Shown one piece after another: positions 41,201 to 53,300 of a stretch of 64,000 nt of DNA. The position numbers were made by a program, and so were the translations under genes. The number at the start of each line of letters is the position of its first letter. Position 1 is the first letter of the stretch. The stretch comes from Azolla caroliniana (lineage: Eukaryota > Plantae > Polypodiophyta), in assembly GCA_043228905.1 (NCBI GenBank), contig JBHGNT010000021.1, forward strand, positions 6,882,001-6,946,000. The letters are read 5' to 3'. Under the pieces are notes generated by a model, which worked only from the letters and a program-made list of their open reading frames with translations, was not told where the DNA came from and did not search any database.

Positions 41201-41802
41201 AAGACAGCATCACTGCTGACTGTTGCGAGAATTCCAGCCATGGCATGTGATAAAGGATGATGACCTGGTTTGTTTCCACCCATTTTCTCTTTAAAGAATT
41301 CATACACTGAGAAATAAACAGCATGAGCTGGTCCAGCACCTAACGCCATAGCTCCCACGCCTCTATAAAGACCTAATAAACCTTCTGACTTTATAATTGA
41401 TGACAAAACCTTCGAAAGGGAGGAGGAGTATTGTATAGATCCATATCCTTCTGTCATCATTTGCGTCCTTGTCTTTAATGTATCAATAGGAAACATAGCA
41501 ATATGTTCGACCATACCTGCAATGGATCCTGCTATCATGTACTGTGGGAAAGAAAGGCCATCATGTGCTTCTTCTTCTTGATGTTGATGGTGTTGTTCAG
41601 TATTTGATGCCATAGATTGCTGAGAGAAAGATGTGAAATCTCTATCCATATCGGAAGCAGTGGAAGACGAAGAGGAATTTGTTCCATTATCTCTATTGAG
41701 GTATAGTGAAGAAGAAGAGGAGGAGGCGGTGGCGGGCGGCGAATTCTGATGATGGATTTGCAAGAGATTTTCTCTTCTGAGTTTCGCTGCGGCATCAGCC
41801 AT
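38283..41802 (-). CDS. MIT: Mitochondrial carrier of the mitoferrin/Mrs3-Mrs4/MIT iron-transporter subfamily, 2 exons, ~373 aa
   Basis: Exon 1 is 41802-40873 (the track's 41811 start is TTG; the first ATG is 41802) and exon 2 is 38474-38283. Three Px[D/E]xx[K/R]xRxQ motifs (PIDTLKTRTQ, PMDVVKQRLQ, PLDVVKTRLQ). Subfamily signatures AGMVEH.AMFP, GAGPAHAVYF and PAAAICWSTYE. Confidence 0.93.
39120..39420 (+). mobile_element. Possible second, heavily decayed RTE LINE 3' fragment in the carrier intron
   Basis: Frameshifted pieces DHLLHVDIG and YMEDHCL resemble the RTE C-terminus; weak. Confidence 0.3.
39850..40215 (+). mobile_element. tRNA-derived SINE-like element with an internal 91-bp tandem repeat
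   Basis: A-box-like TGGGCTAATGG (~39854) and B-box GGTTCAAGCC (39900), with no complete cloverleaf. Repeat units start at 39966 and 40057. Confidence 0.55.
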
Positions 41803-41959
41803 ATCCCCCAATTCACTGAGATGGTGATGGTGATGGTGGTGACGAGGAAGAAGAAGAAGAAGAAGAAATTGGCATCTTCTGCAGGGAGTTGGATATGGAG
41901 AGAAGACTTGTACGTCTTGTTCTTCTTCGAGGCGGCTATCGTCGGTCCGTCAAGGCCTT

Positions 41960-42245
41960 CCTCTTCCTCTTCTTCTTTCTTCTTCTTCTTTCTTCTTCTT
42001 CTTCTTCTTCTTTCTTCTTCTTCTTCCTCTGCTCCTCCTCTGCCTCCTCCCCTGCTCCTCCTCCTCCTCCTCTGTTCTTTCTTTGGTTTCAGTAATAAAA
42101 AACAGAGAGAAAGAAGAAGACTTATTTGTTTGTGTCACACACAAACAAAGCTATGAATAACACCTCTTCTTCTTCTTCTTCTTCTTCTTCTTCTTCTTCC
42201 TTTCTTTCTTTCTTCTTTCTTTCTTTCTTGTTCTTTCTTCTTCTA
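41960..42245. repeat. (CTT)n/(CCT)n microsatellite-rich leader of the carrier gene
   Basis: Directly visible. Confidence 0.9.
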
Positions 42246-43689
42246 TCGCGGCCGCTACTAGAGTCCGAAGACCATGCCGTCGGCCCCCCCGACCGAACTT
42301 CGTCATCTCCGTCCCAATGTCTTAACAATTCGGGTGCAACGATGTCTACTGCCCGAGCGCACATGGATCTTTCGGGCCAGGCTTCCCCCGCATTAGCACC
42401 GAATTTGCCGTACACATCTTCCCAGAAGACTCATTGTGCTACCAACGCGATTTGGGCATAGCTCAAGAGTCTCAAGGACACAGGATGAGGATTGGATGTA
42501 TCCGCCCCTTGTTGACATGTTTCAAAGTACTTTGTTCTCTTTCGTCATTTGCAGGATGAGGATTTCATGTATCCCCCTCATCCACATGTTTGAAGTACTT
42601 ACTTTGTTATCTTTTGTCGTAGTTCTCAAGCACAACTCTAGATGCAACATTGACCTCTAAATAGCATGTTGGTGATATCAAGGGCATTATGTCTTTGTCG
42701 TAGCATACCTTCCTTTGTAAGCTTTTTTCTTCACCTCAACTACAAAAACTCTTTGTGCGAGGTTCTAATATCGAGGGGACTGCACTTTACAAGTACCAGT
42801 AACCCTTTGTTATAATTTGGGTTATCCTACATAGAACTCATAAAGTGATGCTATAACTGTTATGTGTCCATAATATCTTAACCATAGATGTACCCTTTTT
42901 TTCCTATTACGCCATCATAAGCTAAGAAGTTATTGTGGGATGGCAAGAATGTGGACAAACCTCTACACTACCAAAAATGTAGAAAACCTCCATGGTCCTT
43001 TAGCGATGCTAAGATACTCACCTTGATGTTGAGATTGATCTGCAATGGTACGGCACTTATACACTATTTCTCCCGTAGTAAGGGTTTGAACTGTGACATG
43101 TCACACCACCTTGTATGATCTTTCACTCATAAGACAAGTTTCATCCCTTTTGCAAATAGTTTAACAAAGTTATTGAGAGATGTTTCTAGGCGAGTCAATT
43201 ATTTTAGTGATAGTTATTTCTAGAGTCATGTAGATGGAAGTCGACCACTTTAATATGAGAGCAAACCAATAATTTGTGAGTCCTCTAGTCCACATGCTTA
43301 GACAATAAGAGAAGCTTGTTCCTACGTTCACCTTACCACTGAATGTATAGCCCTATGTGTGTGCCCCAAAGCCTTGCATCAATTGTATCAAGACACCTTT
43401 CACATGATCCTTTCAACTTGAAACTTGAAGATTTGGGATACATGTTTACCCAATTCCTTATAAAACCTAACATACAACCATTGACTTCATTAGATGTTCG
43501 CATTCAACACTTCCCCATATTTAATGACATATGTTGCAATAAACTTCCTAATATTAGTGAAGACAATTTAATTATTGTTGAGATGTAAGATTGGTCGTGA
43601 CAATTACTACTAATATTATTAGTAATTTGACAAATCACTCTTTTAGAATAAGAGTGAATGAGCATAAGTTTCTCTTTTGATTTTTGTTA

Positions 43690-45507
43690 TCATCTTAGCC
43701 CATTATTGTTTGATATTATTGCTCATCCTTAGTTAGTGATGTTATCAGGACGTGCAATGAATGGTGATATTGTGGGTCTACACCTTCCATCTAGAGGGCA
43801 ACCGGTACGAGAGAATCTTGAGAAGGAAATGCTTATATGGAACCAATTTGCATTGGCTTCCGGATTACATATTAATTGGAGGAAGTCTAGTCTCATGTCA
43901 TGTACTAAAAGGGATTTGCAATGTTTCAGATATCAAGGATCCACGGTTAGGAAAGGCTCTATTTTTCGACACTTGGGGTATCCATTGGAAATGAATGTTA
44001 CAAATGATCAATTGATTGAATGGATTTCTGGTAAGTTAAGAGATAAGTTCAGGTATTTGAAGTCACAATCTTGACCATTTCATGTCCACCTAAAGCTTGT
44101 ACAATGTATTCTAGAACCCATGATATTGTAATACTTGTCATTGTTACCATGGACAAAGAGGGATAAAATGGGAATAACATGAGTTGTATTGAATCATCTA
44201 GCAACCCCTAAGCACTTGGGGGAGTTGGAATGTTGGACTTATCTATGCACATGATGGCTCATTGATTTTCATTATTGCAAGACATGTGTTCAAAATCACA
44301 ACCATGGATATCTATTATTCAATATTTCATTGAGAACAAGGTTTTATCTCATGGGAGGACAATGATTAAGGTGTCATGGTGGCAATTACTGAACGGATGT
44401 ATTTCAGTTAAGATTCCCAACTCTTCATGTGTTCAACACTTAGCTATCTCATGGCAAGAAGCACTTTTGTCATGTGTATGGAAACCAACATATAGTAGAG
44501 AACATTGTAATTTTTGGCAAAACGAGTTACTTATGTCTTCTCGATTATTATATTGGCTTGGAAAAGAGAGATTGCGCTCTCAATTAAATCGTTTATTTCC
44601 TTTAGGGGTCAATGAGGTGGGAGATATAATTGAGGCTCCATCTCAAAGAATTTTGGAGTTTGTTGAAGCATGTCAATTATTATGTATCCCACCCAATTAT
44701 GGGTTTAGATGGCAACTAGCTACAACTAGAAAATATTGCATTGATGCAAGGTTCTTTACCTTTACAAACAAAAGTGCAACCATGGCTAGAGATTGGTATT
44801 TACAAGGTCGAATGTTGTTTAGGGTTTAGGGTTTAGTGACTACTAGTCTTTGGTAATGTTGAGGAAAAATGGAAAATACATAGCTCTGATCATGGATGTG
44901 GCCGATATTAAAATGTAGTTGGTATTCTAAATTGCCACTTGTCACAAATGTCTTCATTTGGAGAGTTTGATGGGGGTTTGCCTTTAGGATTAGCTCTAAG
45001 GCGACGTGGACTAGCAATGGGCAATTGCTTTTTTTTGCACTATTCAAATAGAAGATAATACTCATCGTTTCAGACAATGTCTAATTGCTTGTCAGATTTG
45101 GAGTTACATTTCTCAAATTTGACAAGTTTTATCACGGTGTTATTTGATGCCTAGACAGTGGGTGTTTGCACAATTCGCACTAGTTGACCCCAAATCAGAG
45201 ATGGCGATCGTTTTCCTATTTCGAAGGTATTGATGATTGCGTCATTATTGGGATATGCTCAATGCTTTTGTATTTTATGGTAGGAATGGAGACAAAGCAT
45301 ATTTACAAAAGTTGAAGGGAGTATTAATGTGGCAAATTTCTTTATTGTAGCAAGTGGACATTCTTTCCTCAATGGAGTGTTCATCTTGCATATTGGCAAT
45401 TCAACATGTTCCACTATAGGTGACCATACTCCATTTGTGACACCCATTGTATGTAGTGTTTTTCACACACATTTATTAATATAATTGTGTGTTTTTACCA
45501 AAAAAAC
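43690..45507 (+). mobile_element. 5'-truncated L1-like LINE fragment
   Basis: RT C-terminal motifs (SGLHINWRKS, RHLGYPL), a decayed KHLGGVG motif, Trp-rich zf-RVT-like remnants and a short A tract at ~45500. Confidence 0.75.
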
Positions 45508-46917
45508 GAGTCAAGATGACAAGGTTGTGATTGTCAAGTATATTTCCCAATTTTCATCAATACAATCGTAGTTATGTAATTTCTCCATAGTAAAATGAGA
45601 GAAAGCAAGGGAGAAAACATAGATTAGGATTGGAATATAAGTCAAAGAAAGCTTGAGCATAGCTTCCAATACTGGAAAATAGCTTTTGCAATTCCCCCTC
45701 CAAACCATTTCATTCACAACTATAGTCCATAGCCATCTCATATGCTTCAATACTTTCGTTATTCCTACAACCCCATGTATATCATAAGAGAGCTACTTCA
45801 CAATGTTTATGTGTTTTATGACATGTCAAACAACTGCATAAACTTCTAAATCATTCTTCATACTACCATTGACTAGTAAACACTAGTCCAAAGTGGTCAA
45901 GCATTAAACATGTTACTACAATTGAGTATCTTCAAATTGCTTTTACCCTAAAACTAACTAATCAATTTTATAAAGAAAAACATATGGGAGATATTTGACC
46001 ATCTAAAGCAACCAGAATGTTCAATGATATTCACATAGAAAAAACTTACACAGCATTATATTCAGAAAGGGCATTTATGGAAATCAAAGAACACCAACAA
46101 TATGATCTAAGGGTTTCTCTTGACCATATCTTCCTCCATAAATGATAGGTTAAACATAAAATATGGGGCTAGAACATAAATATAATTGCTTCTCCACAAA
46201 AGGCAACAAAGCAAGCAACCAAAACTCGAAACTAAATTTTATTTCTGAAAAACATTGCAAACCCTGCTCCATATATCTAGCCTGGTAAAGAACAAATTAG
46301 AAACATTTCCAATATCTTGCACTTCACTGAGAGTCAAAATAAAGAACGAAATCTCTACTTATGTTGCCATAAAACCATGTCAAAGAAGAAAGAGGACCAT
46401 GTAAAAAAGTGTTGCATCTCATGATGTACAGCTGCAATCACCATGTTAAAGAGAATACATAACAATCATTGATTCCATGAGTGTTAATATACAAAAAAAG
46501 ACAGAAAACTTGGTTCGACATCATTAACTGAGACACAGGTGCATCACTCCTTAACTATGTTAAATGCCATAGAGAGTTGAAAATAAAGGTGAATAACATA
46601 GTTTTGTGGATGTCAATAGAAAAGATGATGGCTCATGGTTCACAGTATATTCAAATTATAATTACATGCCCAGTGTGGTTTTGAAAAGAACTTTACAAAA
46701 TTTCCAACTTTTGGTATGAACCAGAAGCAACAAAATCCACATCCTTCACTAACCACGATTTTGCAAAGCATAATGGTATTGATTGATATTTCAACCATAA
46801 ACCAAGAGCCAAAGATAAATCTGTGTTCTAGCCATCTCTTCACTTTGCAAAATTGAATAAGGAAAGCAATAATATCGAAGGAAATTTTAGCTAAACTCCC
46901 CATCATAAGATAGCATC

Positions 46918-48783
46918 TTAAACAAGTGAATGCCTAAATCCTCCCTGAACTGAATGAGATAGATCATCTGTAGTTGGATCTAATGCACATGACATACCAT
47001 CATACCATTTCACGTTCTCCTGGTAATAATTATCAACTGGAATTGTTACAAGAGCTGAATCTGTCATTTGCACTCCACATGGTCGATCATCACTTATTAC
47101 TATTACAACTTCTCTATCACTAGCTGAAATCCCATTTCCACCATAATGAGAACAGCTATCTTTCAAACTAACTGATCCACCATCACCCATTGCAGGAATA
47201 TCCAAGCTTTCTCTTTCCCAATGATTATCAGATCCTAATGAGGATGCAAAATCTGAATTGATATGGTCATGGACGAGTTCCGGATGATGACCAAGAATCA
47301 AATCATTGCCATCATCATCATTATTCTTTGATAATAACAAACCATGATTCCTGTGATCTAGATCTTCCACGTTCTTGAGGCGATGAATCATGGTGGCAAG
47401 ATCTTGTGAGAGGCCATTCAAAGCCTCTTGAGAAACATTGATCATCTTCTGATCCAGCAATTGAAGTTCGACGCAAAGCTCATGGACTTGTTGCATCACG
47501 ATCTCTCGAGCTTCGCCTTCATTTTTTACATAAGAAACCGAACCTTGTTCTTCTTCGGGTTCAAAGGGAGAGATGGTGTCCATATTTTGCAGACCAGATG
47601 AACCTACAAGGCGATGCATGATTCGGGCGCTACCTTCATGAGGTCCCGGTTCATGTCCTGAATGAATGGCATACAGTTTAAAGACAGCTTGCCCTTCCTC
47701 TAGATAAGAGAAACTTTTCTCCTTTTCACTGTAATTTGTGATGGGAACAATTGCACGGATGCGAAATCCACACCCACATCTCTTTGAAGAATATCTCTTC
47801 CTTTTAAGCAACCCTGGTTTCTTCATATTAGGTTCTCCTGCTCGATGACAACAATAATCCTTTACCTCAGCGAGAAATGGTTTGAACCTAATATACTTTT
47901 GCCTGATACAAAGCACAACTTGATGCTTCGCAGCAAGTTCTTGGAGACGTCGCGGAACTTCTTTAGCTTGAACTTCGAAAGATTCGGTATATTCAAACCT
48001 ACGCCTTTTCGAAGAGGATTGTTTGTGTTGCATATTTTCTATATTGTTATGTGAAGAAGAAGAAGAGGAAGAAGAAGAGCAAAGAGGGCAAGAAGAAACA
48101 CATACCTTTATATAAGCTTCAGGTATACCATAAAGCTTTGCACCAACAGTCCACACTTGTTTTATCCTATCTATGGTTTCTTTCACGCCGAGATGCCTCA
48201 GATCTGCATCACCATGAAACCTTAGAACAATATCCTGCCATTGATGGACATGTGGTATGAATTGATGTGGACTATTTTTGAAGAAAAGCATTTCTGTTCC
48301 TTCTTTGGGATCGATCTGAGCCATCAGCTTATCTTGTATTCTCTTCCAACCAGTGAGGTAAGCAGTATCTTCATTCCTATCTTTCCATACTCCTCTCCAT
48401 GATTGCAAAACAGATTCAGAAGTAGCAGCTTTGATCTCATTAGGGTTAGCATACCTTCTCTCAACGAGACATTTAACCATGAGGTGATGTGAAGCACTGT
48501 TAAACGTATAGAATTGATTTGATATGTAAGGTTCTGGATCAACAGTAAATATCAAATTCGGGTTCATCTGAAGAGGCTCATCGGCATCGGATTCAAACTC
48601 GGGTTCTTCTTCTTCTTCTTCTTCTTCTCCTCCTTCATGGATAGAATCGGTGCTCTGAGAGTGAGGATCAGAAGAATCTTCTTTGATGTGGACATGGAGA
48701 AGATGTGGGTTATGTTGAATAGGTTTGGGGAACACCATATCTACAATAATCTCTGAGTCTCCAAACACCATATCTGCTGCCAT
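46918..48783 (-). CDS. Intronless 621-aa uncharacterised protein with an integrase-type H2C2 zinc finger, a FAR1/WRKY-GCM1-like zinc finger and a coiled coil
   Basis: Intact ORF. Motif H-x6-H-LG...C-x2-C at aa ~190-235, NLS-like KRRR, and YCCHRAG...SKRCGCGFRI...HSGH at aa ~310-377. No DDE core, LTR or TIR. Confidence 0.88.
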   Translation of the reverse strand: MAADMVFGDSEIIVDMVFPKPIQHNPHLLHVHIKEDSSDPHSQSTDSIHEGGEEEEEEEEPEFESDADEPLQMNPNLIFTVDPEPYISNQFYTFNSASHHLMVKCLVERRYANPNEIKAATSESVLQSWRGVWKDRNEDTAYLTGWKRIQDKLMAQIDPKEGTEMLFFKNSPHQFIPHVHQWQDIVLRFHGDADLRHLGVKETIDRIKQVWTVGAKLYGIPEAYIKVCVSSCPLCSSSSSSSSSHNNIENMQHKQSSSKRRRFEYTESFEVQAKEVPRRLQELAAKHQVVLCIRQKYIRFKPFLAEVKDYCCHRAGEPNMKKPGLLKRKRYSSKRCGCGFRIRAIVPITNYSEKEKSFSYLEEGQAVFKLYAIHSGHEPGPHEGSARIMHRLVGSSGLQNMDTISPFEPEEEQGSVSYVKNEGEAREIVMQQVHELCVELQLLDQKMINVSQEALNGLSQDLATMIHRLKNVEDLDHRNHGLLLSKNNDDDGNDLILGHHPELVHDHINSDFASSLGSDNHWERESLDIPAMGDGGSVSLKDSCSHYGGNGISASDREVVIVISDDRPCGVQMTDSALVTIPVDNYYQENVKWYDGMSCALDPTTDDLSHSVQGGFRHSLV

Positions 48784-49085
48784 GGGACCTTGGAAAAGTT
48801 ATCTCTTAGGGGGAAGGGGAGGAGGAAACATGAAGAGGAAGGAGGAGAGGCATGTAAATAACAGAAGGTTTGGTTAGCTCAATCTCCATAGAACATGAAG
48901 ATATATACATACAGACAGACAGAAACCCAAAACACAGAGAGACAGGAACAGAGACAGGGGACTGACTGGTGGGCAAAAATATGGTTAAAATATCTCCTTG
49001 TGTCTTGTCTCTATAGAAACAATGCTCCCTAAAGAGAAAGAAAGGGTTAGCTAAAATTAGCACTAACTAGCATTTTCACTACTAA

Positions 49086-49113
49086 TAGTAGTAGTAGTAA
49101 ATACTAGTACTAT

Positions 49114-49149
<36 letters not shown>

Positions 49150-49157
49150 CAGCAGCA
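49086..49157. repeat. (AGT)n/(AGC)n microsatellite
   Basis: Directly visible, upstream of the 621-aa gene. Confidence 0.9.
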
Positions 49158-50361
49158 AAGTCTTTACTCTCTTTTACTCTCGTGGATGCGACCGGCGCTC
49201 ACACCCGCCTCTTTAGAGTCTTTGTGTTTTCTTACCCATCGAGCTCTTTCAGTCTCTCGAGCTCTCGAGCTTCTGGGTTTGTATGTATGTATCTATCTAT
49301 CTATCTATCTCAAAATGGAGCTGCTATTCCTTTAAGTTTCACCTCCCCCCCCGGATTTGTGTATGCCAATGTCAGCAATGATAGCCTGTCTAGGTCATGA
49401 TTCTTCCTAAGTGAAGGAGCTACTAATTCCTCGGCTTCTCAGTGTGACCTCGTACTACAAGGAAATCTTTCCATTCTATAAGGATTTTCCCATTATGTAA
49501 GGGTATATGTTTAAGTTCTCGCCTCTTTCTAAGGGGGGAGCTACTTCTAAAGGATTTCTCGCTTTGTCTGTGTGCTAGGGTGTTATCAAGCATTTTACTA
49601 GTGTTGAATCTATAAGATCAATTGTGGCAGGCAATTATATGTCTCGATGATACCATAAAAGTTCTTTGTCTTCTAAATCTATATCTTCAATTTGTCATTC
49701 TTTCTCATATTCCCTTCTTAAAAAATGGTATTAAACCATTTATGGTTTTTCCGATGCACCATGGCAATATAGGCAATGCATTTGCTTAACCCCGACCCCC
49801 CTTTTCTCTCTCTCTTAATGGAAAAGTTATTGGTGCGTGAATGCACCCATGGAATATAATTGTCACAAAAGATTTCTTGTATTTGCCAATTTATCCTAGG
49901 AATTTGATTATAATTTAGCAATTCTATATACTCAACTCTTCCTTAATTGAAACACTCATATGAGAGAGAGAGACATCAATATTTTCATATGCACATTGGT
50001 GATATGGGGAACGCATTTGTTATCTGATGACTCTAATTATTGAGTGATCTTTTTTTGTCTCAATCATTAGGAAGAGTTCATAAGTCAATGGTTTCTCGGT
50101 TTTGCCAACATAATAGAGAAAAATGTAATTGTCAATTCATAAGTCGTTGTCTAGACATCGATCTTTTTTGGCATCTTCTGTGAGAATAGTGATTGGAGGG
50201 TTTCTTGTCTTTCTAATGTCCCCTAACACTACAATGAATGTAGTCATTAGCCCTACCTTCCATTGAATACCTTTGGTATATGTTGAGCCATTGCTAATTT
50301 TCTCTTATATATGTCCCTAGATGGAATAATTATGCGTCAATGGTTTCCCATTTTCATGATT

Positions 50362-53300
50362 GTCTTTTAAAGAAAGATAAACCGTAGTACATAGAGAAAA
50401 CAAAAGGAGACATTTCATCTCACTTCTACTGTGATACAAAGGCTAGTACCAACATTTGTTCAAACAGATGATATCATAGAAGAAAAAAGTGGAGCAAAAA
50501 CGACGAGCTATGCAACAAAAAAGAAGGAATGGAATAATTCCACCTCATACCAGAAGTTATATCTAAAATAAGTGAAGCTCTTGCCATCGTTTCTTAAAGG
50601 CTACTTGACGTTGCCATAGAACATCAGCCAAACCCTACATACTATCATATTGACCACGTAGTGTATGGACAAATAACAACCAGAATTCAATGAGCATGGT
50701 GCGGAGATATATGTATAATATGAGCATTGTTAAAAACGGCATCACATCTCGCTTTCCATATTATCCAAAGAGCCAATGACGTAATAGCACGCCAAATAAC
50801 CAGATTTTCAATTCTAAACCATCGAATAGAATTTTTCAACGAGGGGAGATAGAGGTGTCCACGGGAAAAATGAAAGACATGAGAAGCATGCCTACTTTCA
50901 TACTTCATAACATCTCCATGAAGGACACCTCATAATACTGCAGCCCACAAGAAAATAGAACGAGAATAATGCTGAGTTAGCAATAAAAGCAGTTTACTCC
51001 AAAATTGCTTGATCCTGGGACATAACCAAAACACATACAAAATAGATTCTATAGATGCACCAAAATGCATTCCACAAGCATTTGTTGATTTTGCCTCAAC
51101 CAATCACCAACCGGAAGAGCATAATGCATCAACAACCAACGAAAACAAATCACTTTTTTTGGCAACTGCATACTCCACAACCATTTCCAAAATTTGGTAA
51201 GTTGCAATGCATGCACATTATTTGCAGTCCAATGTTTCATGGCAACAAGGCATTGATACTTTGATTGCAACAACAAATTTCTACCTACCTTAATCGAATA
51301 CTGGAAAAACTCCAAATGTTTACCATTTCCACCAGCATTCAGCTTTTTCCATTGATAATCAGTCAGATCCCTATCCAAATTGTAAAGAGGCTTTTTTTGA
51401 AAAACCCACAATGAGCAACACAACGAGCATTCTTGAAAGGGTGGATCCAAGAACCATTTTTTTCCAGATCTTGCAACTACTCAAATAGCTGAAACATTGG
51501 CAAACATCCACACATCTGATGCAAAAAATACATGCCACAACCTACCATCATCATCCACATTAAAGTATATAGCATCACCCACAATTTTAGTTGCGTTAAA
51601 GGTCTCAACAAGTCATATGTTGTCAAAGGCATCTTCCAAACTAGAAACTTTTTAACAGCTGACCAACTTGTGAGAATTCCATTAAAAAATCTATCTTCTA
51701 ATAAGTTTGTTTTAAACAAATGAAAAATCTGAATAAAGGCCCACCTTAATGAGGGTTGCCACATTCCACCTATTGTTGGACACATAGTAGACAACCTATG
51801 CATCATCAGCTGACTCCAAACACCTTGCATTGGCAACATAGCTCTACACACAAATTTAGGAAGCAAAGCCTTACATTGTGATTTCGGATCCACCAGCCCC
51901 AACCCACCATTTTGTCGCAGAGCAATCAATACTACCCAAGGTACTTTAGGCCTTTTATCTTGACATGTTTTTCCTCCCCAAATGTAATTGCGAATGAGGC
52001 GTTACACTTGCAAAATACATGATCTTGCAAACAACATAGTAGAAGCAATACACCAAATAGTTGTTAGAAGAACTTGGTTAGCTACAAGTACATGACCTGC
52101 AAATGACAGATTAATCGAATCCCAAGCAACAAATTTCTCCTTAACTTTACAAGTAGAGGAGCAACTAACATATCTGCATTAACATGAAGTCCCACTTGGC
52201 AGCCTAAGTAACGAGTAGTGGTTCCATCATGAACCCACTTGAATTCCTACGAAGGCATCCAAGTAGGCAACGAATTTTGTGATATCCAAAAACCAAGAGA
52301 TTTATGCCAATTTTTCTTTGCTCCAGAGGCCAAACAAAATTCCTCCATTACCACTTACAATTTTCATAAATTATCATCATTACATTTGACATAAATTGCA
52401 ATATCATTTGCGATTGTTGTTGCATTGCAAGTAAAGGCAAACCCTTAAGAGAAACTTGAGAAAAATTTAAGTACATTGAAAATGTTTCCATTACTAGCAA
52501 AAATAGGAATAGGGCCAATGGACAACCTTGACGTACAAAACGTGAAATAGAGAATTTTCTAGTTTGCCCACCAACTACCAAGATTGAACTAAAGGCCTCA
52601 TGATACAACGAAGCAAAAGTCCTAATCCATTGGATACAAAAACCTAATGTAAAAAATGAACCTTCCATGAAGTCCCAATCAACTCTGTCATATGCCTTTT
52701 CAAAATCTAATAAAAGGACCGCAAGATCTTCTTTATTCTTCATTGCAATCCCTGTTAATTCCCATAACAAAAAAACATTATAAAAAATACTACGTTCTTG
52801 AATAAATCCTGTTTGAGGTTCAGGCACAATATCCGGAAGAAAGGGTTGTAATCTCAAAGCCAATAACTTAGCATACTCAATAGAGTAGTGGGGTGCCAAC
52901 CCTTAACCTCATCCGTAACTAAATCACCTTTCGGAATGAGGCATATCAATCCCTCTTTCCACATTTGTGGCATAATACTTGTATTGAACATTTCTTGAAA
53001 TGTTGCAAGTAAATCATCAGCAATCAAATCCCAATATGTAATGAAAAAATCTCTTCCCATTCCATCTACTCTTGGGCACACATCTGGCCCAACACCTTTG
53101 ATAACCTACAATATTTTAGAGGAAAATGGACGGAGAAGTTGATGCGATATCCGAGATGTTACCTTAACCAAAGTAGCAATCCATACTTTTTGGTGCATCT
53201 GTAGAATTTCAACACTTGGAATATCTGTTGATAACGACTCATAATAAGCGACTACAATATGCCTCATTTCATCTATCCGTTGTGACAATGTCGTTAGATC

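Noticed and set aside
41749-42461. Several 60-135 aa low-complexity ORFs upstream of the carrier
   Set aside because: Produced by CTT/CCT microsatellites in a UTR/promoter region; no recognisable domain.
49842-49848. TGCACCC (yeast Aft-binding core) upstream of the 621-aa gene
   Set aside because: A 7-mer is expected several times by chance in 64 kb and also occurs in unrelated places (about 30223 and 55866).
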